A stretch of DNA of 64,000 bases from Alistipes sp. (GTDB lineage Bacteria > Bacteroidota > Bacteroidia > Bacteroidales > Rikenellaceae), in contig JBGVNT010000007.1 in the NCBI GenBank assembly GCA_045125895.1, positions 2,934-66,933 of the forward strand. Reading direction: 5' to 3'. Under the pieces are notes generated by a model. The model saw only the letters and a list, made by a program, of their open reading frames with translations, was not told the DNA's origin and did not search any database. The position numbers and the translations under genes were made by a program. Below are positions 19,173 to 28,749 of the stretch, piece after piece (position 1 is the first letter of the stretch; each line of letters begins with the position of its first letter).

Positions 19173-20450
19173 ATGGATAATGCAAGGATAATACTCAAAG
19201 GCGGAACGGTGGTTCGTGGCGGAGAGTCTAAGAGGGCCGATGTGGCTGTCAAGGGCTCTTGTGTAGAGTGTATAGCTGCCGAAATTGTGCCCACGGAGGG
19301 CGATGTGGTTGTGGATTGTCGTGGCCGCATAGTTGTTGCCGGCTTGGTCGATTTGCATGTGCATCTGCGTGAGCCGGGCTTCTCGAAGAAGGAGACTATC
19401 GCTACGGGAACTATGGCTGCAGCACATGGAGGCTTTACGACTGTTTGTTCGATGCCCAACCTTGCTCCGGCACCCGATTCGGTTGAAAATCTCAAAGTTC
19501 AGCAAGATATTATCGAGCGCGATGCTGTGGTTAAGGTTCTGCCCTATGCCACAATCACCCGCCAGCGTTATGGTCGCGAGTTGGTTGATTTTGAGGCTTT
19601 GGCACCTATGGTTGCGGGCTTCTCGGACGATGGCAGCGGCGTGCAGAATGAGGATATTATGCGTGAGGCTATGGCCGAGGCGGCAAAGTGTGATGCTATT
19701 ATTGCAGCCCATTGCGAGGTGGATGCGCTGTTGCGTAAGGGTTATATCCACGATGGCGAATATGCCGCGCAGCATGGCCATCGAGGCATCTGCTCGGAGA
19801 GCGAGTGGGCGCAGATTGAGCGCGATATAGAGTTGGCGCGTGAGGCCGATTGCCGCTATCATGTATGCCATATCTCGACCAAGGAGAGTGTAGCGCTTAT
19901 TCGCCAGGCAAAGCGCGAGGGAGTGAAGATTACTTGCGAAACAGGTCCTCACTACCTTACAATGTGCGATATGGATTTGCAGGAGGATGGTCGCTTCAAG
20001 ATGAATCCCCCGATTCGCTCGGCAGCGGATAGGGATGCTCTTGTAGAGGGCTTGCAGGACGGAACGATTGATGTTGTGGCTACCGACCATGCCCCCCATA
20101 CTGCCGACGAGAAGTCACGCGGCTTGGAACTTAGTGCTATGGGCGTTGTAGGCTTGGAAACATCGTTTGCAGTTATTTACACCCACTTGGTTAGAAAGGG
20201 CGTTATATCGCTCGAGAAGGCTATTGATGTGATGAGTGAGGCTCCACGCCGCATCTTCGGCTTGGGTGAGGCACTTAAGGAGGGCGCTGCAGCCGATATT
20301 GCTGTGTTTGACCTTGAGAAGGAGTGGGATGTCAAGCCCGAGGAGTTTAAGTCAATGGGCCACGCTACCCCCTTCGAGGGTTGGCATTTGTGGGGTGAGT
20401 GCTGCCTCACGATGGTCGATGGAAGAATTGTTTACGAGAGAGAAAATTAG
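19173..20450 (+). CDS. pyrC: Dihydroorotase (type I)
   Basis: DLHVHLREPG, KMNPPIR, ATDHAPH; alternative GTG start at 19164. Confidence 0.93.
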   Translation: MDNARIILKGGTVVRGGESKRADVAVKGSCVECIAAEIVPTEGDVVVDCRGRIVVAGLVDLHVHLREPGFSKKETIATGTMAAAHGGFTTVCSMPNLAPAPDSVENLKVQQDIIERDAVVKVLPYATITRQRYGRELVDFEALAPMVAGFSDDGSGVQNEDIMREAMAEAAKCDAIIAAHCEVDALLRKGYIHDGEYAAQHGHRGICSESEWAQIERDIELAREADCRYHVCHISTKESVALIRQAKREGVKITCETGPHYLTMCDMDLQEDGRFKMNPPIRSAADRDALVEGLQDGTIDVVATDHAPHTADEKSRGLELSAMGVVGLETSFAVIYTHLVRKGVISLEKAIDVMSEAPRRIFGLGEALKEGAAADIAVFDLEKEWDVKPEEFKSMGHATPFEGWHLWGECCLTMVDGRIVYEREN

Positions 20451-20469
20451 TATAAATCAATATATAGCA

Positions 20470-21564
20470 ATGAAACCTTTTACAAAAAAATTAGTCCTTG
20501 AGAACGGTCGCGAGTTCTACGGCTACGGCTATGGTGCCGATGTGGAGCGCGTAGGCGAGATTGTTTTCAACACTTCGGTTGTAGGCTATCAGGAGATTAT
20601 CTCGGACCCCTCATGCTTGGGTCAGATTGTTGTGATGGCTTACCCTTTGATTGGTAATTATGGTATCACAGACGAGGACTTTGAGTCTAAGCAGTCGCAG
20701 TCGTTGGTGAGTGGTATGGTAGTTAGGGAGTGCAACGAGAACCCGAGCAACTTCCGCTACACCAAGACCTTCTCGGAAACTCTGGACGAGCAGGGTGTGC
20801 CTTGCATCGCAGGTGTCGATACACGCATGATTGTGCGTATTATCCGCGAGGAGGGTGCGCAGCGTGCCGCTATCGTAGGTGCGGATATGTCGAAGGAGGA
20901 GGCTTTGGCGCTGATTAAGTCTACCCCACTTCCCGCGAAGCAGGCGGAGCAGGTGAGCTCGCGCAAGCGTTGGTTCTCGCGTACGCCCAACCACAAGTAC
21001 GACATCGTGGCCGTGGATTGCGGTATCAAGCACAGCATTATCAGCCAGTTTAATTCGCGCGGCTGTAATGTGACGGTTGTGCCGTTTGATGCTACCTTAG
21101 AGGAGATTATGGCCTTCAATCCCGATGGTATCTTCCTCTCGAATGGTCCGGGTAGCCCCGAGGAGTTGCCTCAGATTGTCGAGCTGATTAAGAGCGTAAA
21201 GGGTAAGGTGCCGATGTTCGGTATTTCGCTGGGTATGCAGCTCATTGCCCTGGCTTATGGTGCCGAGGTAAGGAAGATGAAGTGCGGTCACCATGGTGGT
21301 GCTGCCGTTAAGGATTTGGCTACGGGCAGAATCGACATGACGGCTCAGAATCATGGCTATGAGGTTGTTGCCGAGTCGGTGAAGGGTACTTGCCTGGAGA
21401 TTACCCATGTGAATATCCCCGATGGCTCGGTAGAGGGTGTCGAGTGCGCCGCCGACAAGGTATATGGCGTGCAGTTCCACCCCGAGAGTGCCCCGGGTCC
21501 GCAGGACAGCGTATATCTTTTTGATAAATTCATTAAACTGATGGAGGAGAAACAAAATGCCTAA
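20470..21564 (+). CDS. carA: Carbamoyl-phosphate synthase small subunit (catalytic Cys replaced by Ser)
   Basis: GEIVFNT, YPLIGNYG, LSNGPG, QNHGY, QFHPE; GISLG where GICLG is expected. Confidence 0.93.
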   Translation: MKPFTKKLVLENGREFYGYGYGADVERVGEIVFNTSVVGYQEIISDPSCLGQIVVMAYPLIGNYGITDEDFESKQSQSLVSGMVVRECNENPSNFRYTKTFSETLDEQGVPCIAGVDTRMIVRIIREEGAQRAAIVGADMSKEEALALIKSTPLPAKQAEQVSSRKRWFSRTPNHKYDIVAVDCGIKHSIISQFNSRGCNVTVVPFDATLEEIMAFNPDGIFLSNGPGSPEELPQIVELIKSVKGKVPMFGISLGMQLIALAYGAEVRKMKCGHHGGAAVKDLATGRIDMTAQNHGYEVVAESVKGTCLEITHVNIPDGSVEGVECAADKVYGVQFHPESAPGPQDSVYLFDKFIKLMEEKQNA

Positions 21565-24500
21565 GAGAACAGATATAAAGAAGGTTATGGTAATCGGCTC
21601 AGGTCCGATTGTCATTGGTCAGGCCGCAGAGTTTGATTATGCAGGTACTCAGGCGTGCTTGGCATTGAAGGAGGAGGGTTACGAGGTAATACTTGTGAAC
21701 TCTAACCCCGCAACTATTATGACCGATACCAACATTGCCGACAAGGTCTATATGGAGCCTTTGACGCTGGAGTATGTGGCAAAGATTGTGCGCTATGAGC
21801 GTCCCGACGCCATTGTTCCGGGTTTGGGAGGTCAGACGGGTTTGAACTTGGCTGTACAGCTTGCCAAGAAGGGTATTTTGGATGAGTGCCATGTCGAGAT
21901 TCTGGGTACTTCGTTCGAGAGTATCGAGAAGGCCGAGGATCGTGAGCTCTTCAAGGAGTTGTGTATCGGCATTGGTGAGCCGGTGTTGCCCTCTTTGGTT
22001 GTAAATACTATGGAGGATGGCGTGAAGGCTGCCGAGCAGATTGGTTACCCCGTTGTGTTGCGTCCCGCCTTTACTTTGGGTGGTACAGGTGGCGGTTTTG
22101 CCGACAACGAGGAGGAGTTGCGCGAGATTATGCGTAACGCGCTTATCCTTTCGCCAGTGCATCAGGTTCTAGTCGAGAAGAGCATCAAGGGCTACAAGGA
22201 GATTGAGTTCGAGGTAATGCGCGACAAGAACGATACGGCTATCGCGATTTGTAGCATGGAGAACATCGACCCTGTGGGTATCCATACGGGTGACTCGATG
22301 GTGGTAGCTCCTGCGCAGACCCTTACAGATAAGGAGTATCAGTTGTTGCGTGGCAGTGCGCTCAAGATTATCCGCGCCTTGAAGATTGAGGGTGGATGTA
22401 ATGTGCAGTTCGCGTTGGACCCCTTGTCGTTTAAGTATTATATCATCGAGGTGAATCCTCGTGTGTCACGCTCGTCGGCTCTGGCTTCGAAGGCGAGTGG
22501 TTTCCCCATTGCCCGCGTTACGGCGAAGATTGCCGTGGGCTTGACTTTGGACGAGATTACCATCTCTAACCGCCCTGCATGCTTCGAGCCTGCGCTTGAC
22601 TATGTGGTGCTGAAGGTTGCACGCTTCCCATTCGATAAGTTCAGCGATGCTTCGAATGAGTTGGGTACGCAGATGAAGGCTACGGGTGAGGTTATGAGCA
22701 TTGGTCGCACCATCGAGGAGGGGCTGTTGAAGGCTGTGCGCTCGCTCGAAACAGGCGTTTGCCACATCTATCACAAGAAGTTTGACGATTGGAAGGTGGA
22801 GGCTCTGCTGGAGTATATCCGCAAGGGAACCGACGACCGCATCTATGCCATTGCGCAGCTTATTCGCTTGGGTGTAGATTTGCTTATCATCTACAACCAC
22901 ACCAAGATTGATATGCTGTTCCTCGAGAAGTTGAAGAACATCGTTGAGATGGAGAAGGTTGTAGTGGCTGCCAAGAGTGATGTCGAAGTTTTGAAGGAGG
23001 CCAAGCGAATGGGTTTCAGCGATAAATATATAGGTATGCTTTGGGGTATGACCGAGGCTGAGGTGTTCCTCCTGAGAAAGAAGGAGGGCGTATTCCCCGT
23101 ATATAAGATTATCGACTCATGTGCAGGCGAGATAAATACCTATGTACCCTACTTCTACTCAACTTACGAGTGTGAGAATGAGTCGGTGAAGAGCGATAGA
23201 AAGAAGATTTTGGTGCTTGGCTCAGGCCCTATCCGTATCGGTCAGGGTGTGGAGTTCGACTACTCTACGGTTCATGCCATCTGGACCATCAAGGAGGCGG
23301 GCTACGAGGCTATCATCATCAACAATAACCCCGAGACGGTATCTACCGACTACACTATCAGCGACAAGCTCTACTTCGAGCCATTGACGGTAGAGGATGT
23401 GATGAATGTCGTGGAGCTGGAGCAGCCCGATGGTATCGTGGTGTCGTTGGGTGGTCAGACAGCCATCAACCTTGCCGAGCCTTTGGCCGACCTGGGTGTT
23501 AAGATTATCGGTACAGGCATCGAGGCTATCAACAACGCCGAAGATAGAAAGTGCTTCGAGCGCATTATGAACGAGGTGGGTATTCCTCAGCCTAAGGCTA
23601 AGGCTGTTACCGATATCGAGGCGGGTGTCGAGGCTGCAGCCGCTATCGGCTATCCTGTGCTGGTGCGTCCGAGCTTTGTGTTGGGTGGCCGCGCAATGCA
23701 GATTGTCGGCAACGAGGAGACTCTGCGCCACTACTTGCGTTCGGCTGTGGAGATTAACGAGAAATCGCCCGTCTTGGTCGATAAGTATATTCAGGGTAAG
23801 GAGTTGGAGGTTGATGCTATATGTGACGGCAAGGATGTATTTATTCCGGGCATCATGGAGCATGTCGAGCGTACGGGTATCCACTCGGGCGACTCAATCA
23901 GCGTCTACCCCACTTTCAGCGTAAGCCAGCAGGTTAAGGATACCATTATCGAGTATACCAAGCAGTTGGGCTTGGCTATCGGTATCGTTGGTCTATTTAA
24001 TATTCAATTCATTGTCGATGAGCAGGATAAGGTCTATGTTATTGAGGTGAATCCTCGCTCGTCGCGTACCGTGCCGTTCTTGTCGAAATCTACGGGCGTG
24101 CCTATGGCGAAGATTGCCACAATGGTTATCCTCGGTCACTCGCTTAAGGAGCAGGGAATTGAGGAGGTTTATGGCAAGGAGAGCACTCGTTGGTTTGTGA
24201 AGTCACCGGCGTTCTCGTTTGCCAAGATTCGCGGTGTGGACTCTTACCTCTCGCCCGAGATGAAGTCTACGGGTGAGGCTATCGGCTATGACAAGAGCCT
24301 GAACCGTGCGTTATATAAGTCGTTGCAGTCGTCGGGTGTTGCCGTGGCGAACTATGGTACAATCTTCGTCACTATCGCCGATGCCGACAAGCAGCGCGCA
24401 TTGCCGCTGATTAAGCGATTCTATGACTTGGGCTTCAATATCGAGGCTACAAAGGGTACTTGCGAGTTCTTGCGTAGCAATGGCATCCGTACACGCCACT

Positions 24501-24739
24501 TGCTCAAGCTCAGCGAGGGCAGCACCGAGATTTACGACTCGCTGCGCAAGGGTCATGTGACCTATGTAATCAATACGATTGATGTGAACCAGCACAGCAC
24601 ACGCCGCGATGGTTATGACATCCGTCGAGCGGCTGCCGAGAACAATGTTACGCTGTTTACGGCTCTGGAGACAGTGAGCGTGCTACTCGATGTATTGGAG
24701 GAGATAACTCTCGGAGTATCAACCATTGACGCTAAGTAG
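21557..24739 (+). CDS. carB: Carbamoyl-phosphate synthase large subunit
   Basis: GSGPIVIGQAAEFDYAG, duplicated ATP-grasp domains, MGS-like C-terminus. Confidence 0.98.
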   Translation: MPKRTDIKKVMVIGSGPIVIGQAAEFDYAGTQACLALKEEGYEVILVNSNPATIMTDTNIADKVYMEPLTLEYVAKIVRYERPDAIVPGLGGQTGLNLAVQLAKKGILDECHVEILGTSFESIEKAEDRELFKELCIGIGEPVLPSLVVNTMEDGVKAAEQIGYPVVLRPAFTLGGTGGGFADNEEELREIMRNALILSPVHQVLVEKSIKGYKEIEFEVMRDKNDTAIAICSMENIDPVGIHTGDSMVVAPAQTLTDKEYQLLRGSALKIIRALKIEGGCNVQFALDPLSFKYYIIEVNPRVSRSSALASKASGFPIARVTAKIAVGLTLDEITISNRPACFEPALDYVVLKVARFPFDKFSDASNELGTQMKATGEVMSIGRTIEEGLLKAVRSLETGVCHIYHKKFDDWKVEALLEYIRKGTDDRIYAIAQLIRLGVDLLIIYNHTKIDMLFLEKLKNIVEMEKVVVAAKSDVEVLKEAKRMGFSDKYIGMLWGMTEAEVFLLRKKEGVFPVYKIIDSCAGEINTYVPYFYSTYECENESVKSDRKKILVLGSGPIRIGQGVEFDYSTVHAIWTIKEAGYEAIIINNNPETVSTDYTISDKLYFEPLTVEDVMNVVELEQPDGIVVSLGGQTAINLAEPLADLGVKIIGTGIEAINNAEDRKCFERIMNEVGIPQPKAKAVTDIEAGVEAAAAIGYPVLVRPSFVLGGRAMQIVGNEETLRHYLRSAVEINEKSPVLVDKYIQGKELEVDAICDGKDVFIPGIMEHVERTGIHSGDSISVYPTFSVSQQVKDTIIEYTKQLGLAIGIVGLFNIQFIVDEQDKVYVIEVNPRSSRTVPFLSKSTGVPMAKIATMVILGHSLKEQGIEEVYGKESTRWFVKSPAFSFAKIRGVDSYLSPEMKSTGEAIGYDKSLNRALYKSLQSSGVAVANYGTIFVTIADADKQRALPLIKRFYDLGFNIEATKGTCEFLRSNGIRTRHLLKLSEGSTEIYDSLRKGHVTYVINTIDVNQHSTRRDGYDIRRAAAENNVTLFTALETVSVLLDVLEEITLGVSTIDAK

Positions 24740-24750
24740 TTAAAGTAAAG

Positions 24751-25491
24751 ATGTATAAAAAAGGAATCTATAAAATCCTCTCGAACGAGCCTTTGACGCG
24801 CGATGTGTGGCGTATGGTTTTGGAGGGAGATACCGAGTGGATAAGCCATTCGGGTCAGTTCGTGAATATCGAGTTGGAGGGACTCTATTTGCGTCGCCCC
24901 ATCTCGATTTGCGACTGGGATGAGCATTCGATAACCCTGATTTACAAGGTCGTAGGTCGCGGTACGGAGCAGATGCGAGGAATGCAGGCGGGTGAGTGCC
25001 TCGATGTGCTTACGGGCCTGGGAAATGGCTTTAACGAGGCGGTGGAGTGTGAACGACCGCTGCTCGTAGGTGGCGGTGTGGGTGTTCCCCCACTCTACCA
25101 CTTGGCAAAGGAGCTGATTGGGCGTGGCCGCAAGGTGAGCGTCGTTTTGGGCTTCAATCGTGCTGACGAGGTCTTTTATGCCGACGAGTTCAGGGCTTTG
25201 GGTGCCGAGGTCTATATCTCTACTGTGGATGGCTCGGTGGGCGTGAAGGGCTTTGTGACCGACGCAATTCGTGAGGCAGCGATAGATTTCGACTACTTCT
25301 ACTCGTGTGGCCCATTGCCTATGCTCAGGGCGCTGTGTGGCGCTACCGAAGTGGATGGTGAGCTCTCGTTCGAGGAGCGTATGGGCTGCGGCTTTGGTGC
25401 TTGCATGGGCTGCTCGTGCAAGACCTTGACGGGAAATAAGCGTATTTGTAAAGAGGGCCCCGTGATGAAGCGTGGTGAGATAATTTGGTAG
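24751..25491 (+). CDS. pyrK: Dihydroorotate dehydrogenase electron transfer subunit
   Basis: LRRPISI, GGGVG, MGCGFGACMGC..RICKEGP. Confidence 0.93.
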   Translation: MYKKGIYKILSNEPLTRDVWRMVLEGDTEWISHSGQFVNIELEGLYLRRPISICDWDEHSITLIYKVVGRGTEQMRGMQAGECLDVLTGLGNGFNEAVECERPLLVGGGVGVPPLYHLAKELIGRGRKVSVVLGFNRADEVFYADEFRALGAEVYISTVDGSVGVKGFVTDAIREAAIDFDYFYSCGPLPMLRALCGATEVDGELSFEERMGCGFGACMGCSCKTLTGNKRICKEGPVMKRGEIIW

Positions 25492-25494
25492 GCT

Positions 25495-26415
25495 ATGGAT
25501 AAAAAGTTTGATTTGTCGGTTGAGTTGTGTGGCGTGAGGCTGGAGAATCCCGTGGTGCCTGCTTCGGGAACATTCGGCTTTGGCCGCGAGCACAACGAGT
25601 TTTACGATATAAATGTGCTTGGCTCTATCTCGGTCAAGGGTACTACACGCGAGGCACGCTTTGGTAATCCTACACCCCGTATTGCCGAGTGCCGTGCGGG
25701 TTTGATTAACTCGGTGGGACTGCAAAACCCGGGTGTCGATATGGTTATCGAGCGCGAGTTGCCCGAGTTGAGAAAGATTTTCCGCAAGCCTATAATTGCC
25801 AATATCAGCGGCTTCTCTATCGACGAGTATGCCGAGTGCTGCGCCAAGATGGATAAGCAGGAGCAGGTTGAGATTTTGGAGGTCAATGTGTCGTGCCCCA
25901 ATGTGCATAATGGCGGCATGAGTTTCGGTACACAGCCAGAGATGGCTGCCGAGGTTACGCGCGCGGTGAAGGCTGTGACCACAAAGCCGGTGTTTATCAA
26001 ACTCAGCCCCAATGTTACCGATATTGTAGCCATTGCTAAGGCTTGTGAAGAGGCAGGTGCAGATGGTATCTGTCTGATTAACACGCTGTTGGGTATGCGA
26101 ATTGACACCCTGCGCCGTAAGCCCGTCATAGCCAACAAAATGGGTGGATTTTCGGGCCCTGCGGTGTTCCCCGTCGCAGTGAGAATGGTCTATCAGGTGT
26201 CGAAGGCTTGTGGTATTCCCGTTATGGGCTGTGGAGGTGTCGAGAGCGCGTCGGATGTCATCGAGATGATGATGGCGGGAGCTACGGCTGTGCAGGTGGG
26301 TGCTGCCAACCTGAAGAATCCCTACGCTTGCAAGGAGATTATCGAGGCTCTGCCCCGCGAGATGCAACGCCTGGGCATTGAGCGCCTGAGTGATATTATA
26401 GGTATCGTGGAGTAA
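25495..26415 (+). CDS. pyrD: Dihydroorotate dehydrogenase B catalytic subunit
   Basis: ASGTFG, GNPTPR, NVSCPNV, KLSPN, INT. Confidence 0.95.
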   Translation: MDKKFDLSVELCGVRLENPVVPASGTFGFGREHNEFYDINVLGSISVKGTTREARFGNPTPRIAECRAGLINSVGLQNPGVDMVIERELPELRKIFRKPIIANISGFSIDEYAECCAKMDKQEQVEILEVNVSCPNVHNGGMSFGTQPEMAAEVTRAVKAVTTKPVFIKLSPNVTDIVAIAKACEEAGADGICLINTLLGMRIDTLRRKPVIANKMGGFSGPAVFPVAVRMVYQVSKACGIPVMGCGGVESASDVIEMMMAGATAVQVGAANLKNPYACKEIIEALPREMQRLGIERLSDIIGIVE

Positions 26416-26447
26416 ACAATAGTAGTAAGCGATACGCATTTGTTGTG

Positions 26448-26485
26448 GCGACACTCTTCCTTTTTGGGGAGGGTGTCGTTTTTTT
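26448..26485. terminator. Intrinsic terminator between pyrD and the LytTR gene
   Basis: GCGACACTCTTCC/GGGAGGGTGTCGT hairpin plus T run. Confidence 0.75.
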
Positions 26486-27422
26486 ACTCGCGCTTATCCT
26501 CGTCGGGAGCGACTATCGGATTTTTCTCGTCGACGGACACTGTGGTCGGATGGTTGTTGAATTTCTCTATCTTCTCGACCATGTTTTTGAAGTAGCTGCG
26601 CGATACGGGTATGGGTTCAATGTTGGTATCATTCAGCACCACAAATCGACCTTGTGCGCTCTTCTTGATGTGGTTTATCTGCATCACATTGACCATATAT
26701 GAGCGGTGGCAGCGTACCATCGAGGTCTCGGCGAGGTTCTCCTCTAAGGTTTTGGTGCGGCAGCGCAGCATGTAGGAGTGTATCTTGTCCTGATACTTGT
26801 AATGCACCTTTATGTAGTTGTCTTGCGACTCCATATAGTAGAGCGAATCGGAGTGAATCGTGAGCTTCAATGTGCCATTGTAGTCGTAGAGATTAATCAG
26901 CGAGGGGTAAGTCACTGAGCTCTCCTCGGATAGCGACATCTTGTATTGCAGCATTTCGAGCTCCTCTTTCTTGGATTTGTAGGCCGCAAAGAGGGTTATA
27001 ATAATATAAGGTATAGCTATTATGAGCGTAACGCAACTAAACGCCCTGAGCAGGATATATCCTACCGACTCATTCACCGGAGGTACATATACGAATGTGA
27101 AGTGGGTATAGAAAATTGAGATTATTGAAACCTCCGCGATAATCCACAATATATAACGCAAATAGGTGATGCGAATCTTGTTTTGCAGCGACGACATGCC
27201 TAACTTGCTGAGCAGAAGTATGGCGAGAGCTACGACATAAAACGAGAGCGTCATGCCAAACTGCTGCATATCGGTAATACTAAACCATGAAGTCATCGAG
27301 AATGGCGAATATATAACCATAAACAAGACTGAAAAGGTCAAAATGAAGAATACCGAGCCCACGAGATAGCGTTTATCTAATAGAAACTTGGGTATATCGC
27401 GGTTTTTTCGTATATTTGTCAT
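26484..27422 (-). CDS. Membrane-anchored LytTR-family transcriptional regulator
   Basis: Four N-terminal TM helices; YMESQDNYI, RCHRSYMVN, IPVSRSY. Confidence 0.88.
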   Translation of the reverse strand: MTNIRKNRDIPKFLLDKRYLVGSVFFILTFSVLFMVIYSPFSMTSWFSITDMQQFGMTLSFYVVALAILLLSKLGMSSLQNKIRITYLRYILWIIAEVSIISIFYTHFTFVYVPPVNESVGYILLRAFSCVTLIIAIPYIIITLFAAYKSKKEELEMLQYKMSLSEESSVTYPSLINLYDYNGTLKLTIHSDSLYYMESQDNYIKVHYKYQDKIHSYMLRCRTKTLEENLAETSMVRCHRSYMVNVMQINHIKKSAQGRFVVLNDTNIEPIPVSRSYFKNMVEKIEKFNNHPTTVSVDEKNPIVAPDEDKRE

Positions 27423-27558
27423 AGCATATTAGGTTAATATCCGATGCAAAGATGCGAATTTTAGTTTGAAATACATAATTTTTACCGCCTAAAAAAGCAA
27501 TTTCGTCACAAAAACGCGCTTTTAACCGCATGTAGAGGGGTTTTGTTTGGGGGTTGGT

Positions 27559-27566
27559 TATATTTG
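27559..27566 (+). promoter_or_regulatory. Promoter -7 element for fabH
   Basis: TATATTTG consensus match. Confidence 0.5.
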
Positions 27567-27624
27567 CATCCGACGATTCTGCAGGGTCGTTTTTATGTAT
27601 TAACTCGAAGTGTTTTTTTAAGAG

Positions 27625-28572
27625 ATGAGAATTATTGGTACAGGCAGGGTGCATCCTGCTAAAGTTGTGACAAACCAAATGCTCGAAGAGTTCCTTGACA
27701 CCAGCGATGAGTGGATTAAAGAGCGTACGGGAATAGCCTCTCGACGCCTTATCACCGACGAGAAATTGGAGGATATGGCCGCCGAAGCTGCCCGGCAAGC
27801 TATCGTAGCTGCGGGTTTAACGGCTAAGGATATCGACTTTATAATCTGCTCGAATGTTGTGAATGAGTATATCACCCCGGCATTGAGTTGCATCGTGCAG
27901 GGTAAAATTGGCGCAAAGTGTGCATGTGTGGATGTGAATGGCGCATGCTCGGGATTTATCTATGCACTCGACATGGCCGACGACAGATTAAAGAGCGGCA
28001 AGGCTCGGAACATTCTGGTATTGGCGGCCGAGGAACCCACACGCATGGTCGATTGGAGTGACCGCGCAATGTGCGTGTTGTTTGGCGATGGCGCAGGTGC
28101 TGTGGTTGTAACCCATGGCGATGAGCTCTTCGCATCGCGCCTCACGACGGTGAGCAAGACCGATTGCTTGCACTATGTGCGCCGGTTGGAGCCTACGCCC
28201 TATATAAGCAAAGCGGAATCCTCGAGTCCCATGTATATGAATGGTCGTGAGGTATTTAAGACTGCGGTGCTTTCGTCGGCACGCGACATCACTACCCTGC
28301 TCAAGGAGAATGGCCTGCAACCCGACGATATAAAGTATTACATCCTCCATCAGGCTAACATGCGTATTGTGGAGGCTGTGGCTAACTACCTGAAGTTGGA
28401 TATGGCGCACTTCCCGCACAATGTGGAGCGTTGCGGTAATACATCCTCGGCGAGCATACCCCTGCTTTTGGATGAATTGGTGCGCGAGGGTAAATTGGAG
28501 CGGGGTGACAAGGTCGTGATGAGTGCCTTTGGTGCAGGATTCACAACAGGAGCATGCGTTTTGGAGTGGTAA
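27625..28572 (+). CDS. fabH: 3-oxoacyl-ACP synthase III
   Basis: DTSDEWI..RTGI, GACSGF, HQAN, GNTS. Confidence 0.93.
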   Translation: MRIIGTGRVHPAKVVTNQMLEEFLDTSDEWIKERTGIASRRLITDEKLEDMAAEAARQAIVAAGLTAKDIDFIICSNVVNEYITPALSCIVQGKIGAKCACVDVNGACSGFIYALDMADDRLKSGKARNILVLAAEEPTRMVDWSDRAMCVLFGDGAGAVVVTHGDELFASRLTTVSKTDCLHYVRRLEPTPYISKAESSSPMYMNGREVFKTAVLSSARDITTLLKENGLQPDDIKYYILHQANMRIVEAVANYLKLDMAHFPHNVERCGNTSSASIPLLLDELVREGKLERGDKVVMSAFGAGFTTGACVLEW

Positions 28573-28580
28573 GAGAGGTT

Positions 28581-28710
28581 AAAGATAAAAGATGAAAGAG
28601 GAAAGATAAAAGATAAAAGAGATTCTCACGCACAACAAGTTGTGCTCAGAATGACGAATTGCCTACCACTTTTCGTCACTCTGAGGGAGCTTTAGCGACC
28701 GTGAGAGTCT
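28581..28710. repeat. Heptamer tandem plus back-to-back pair of short CGTC-type REP units
   Basis: (AAAGANN)6; AGATTCTCACGC..GCTCAGAATGACG 28620-28656; CGTCACTCTGAG..GTGAGAGTCT 28674-28710. Confidence 0.8.
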
Positions 28711-28749
28711 AAATAAAAGCAAACAAGAAACGAAAAACATACTATAAAC

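Noticed and set aside
24613-26454. 613-aa minus-strand ORF and other long antisense ORFs (19044-20099, 28663-29964, 13794-14825, 47573-48484)
   Set aside because: They lie opposite well-supported genes, have no recognisable motifs and are expected shadows of biased codon usage.
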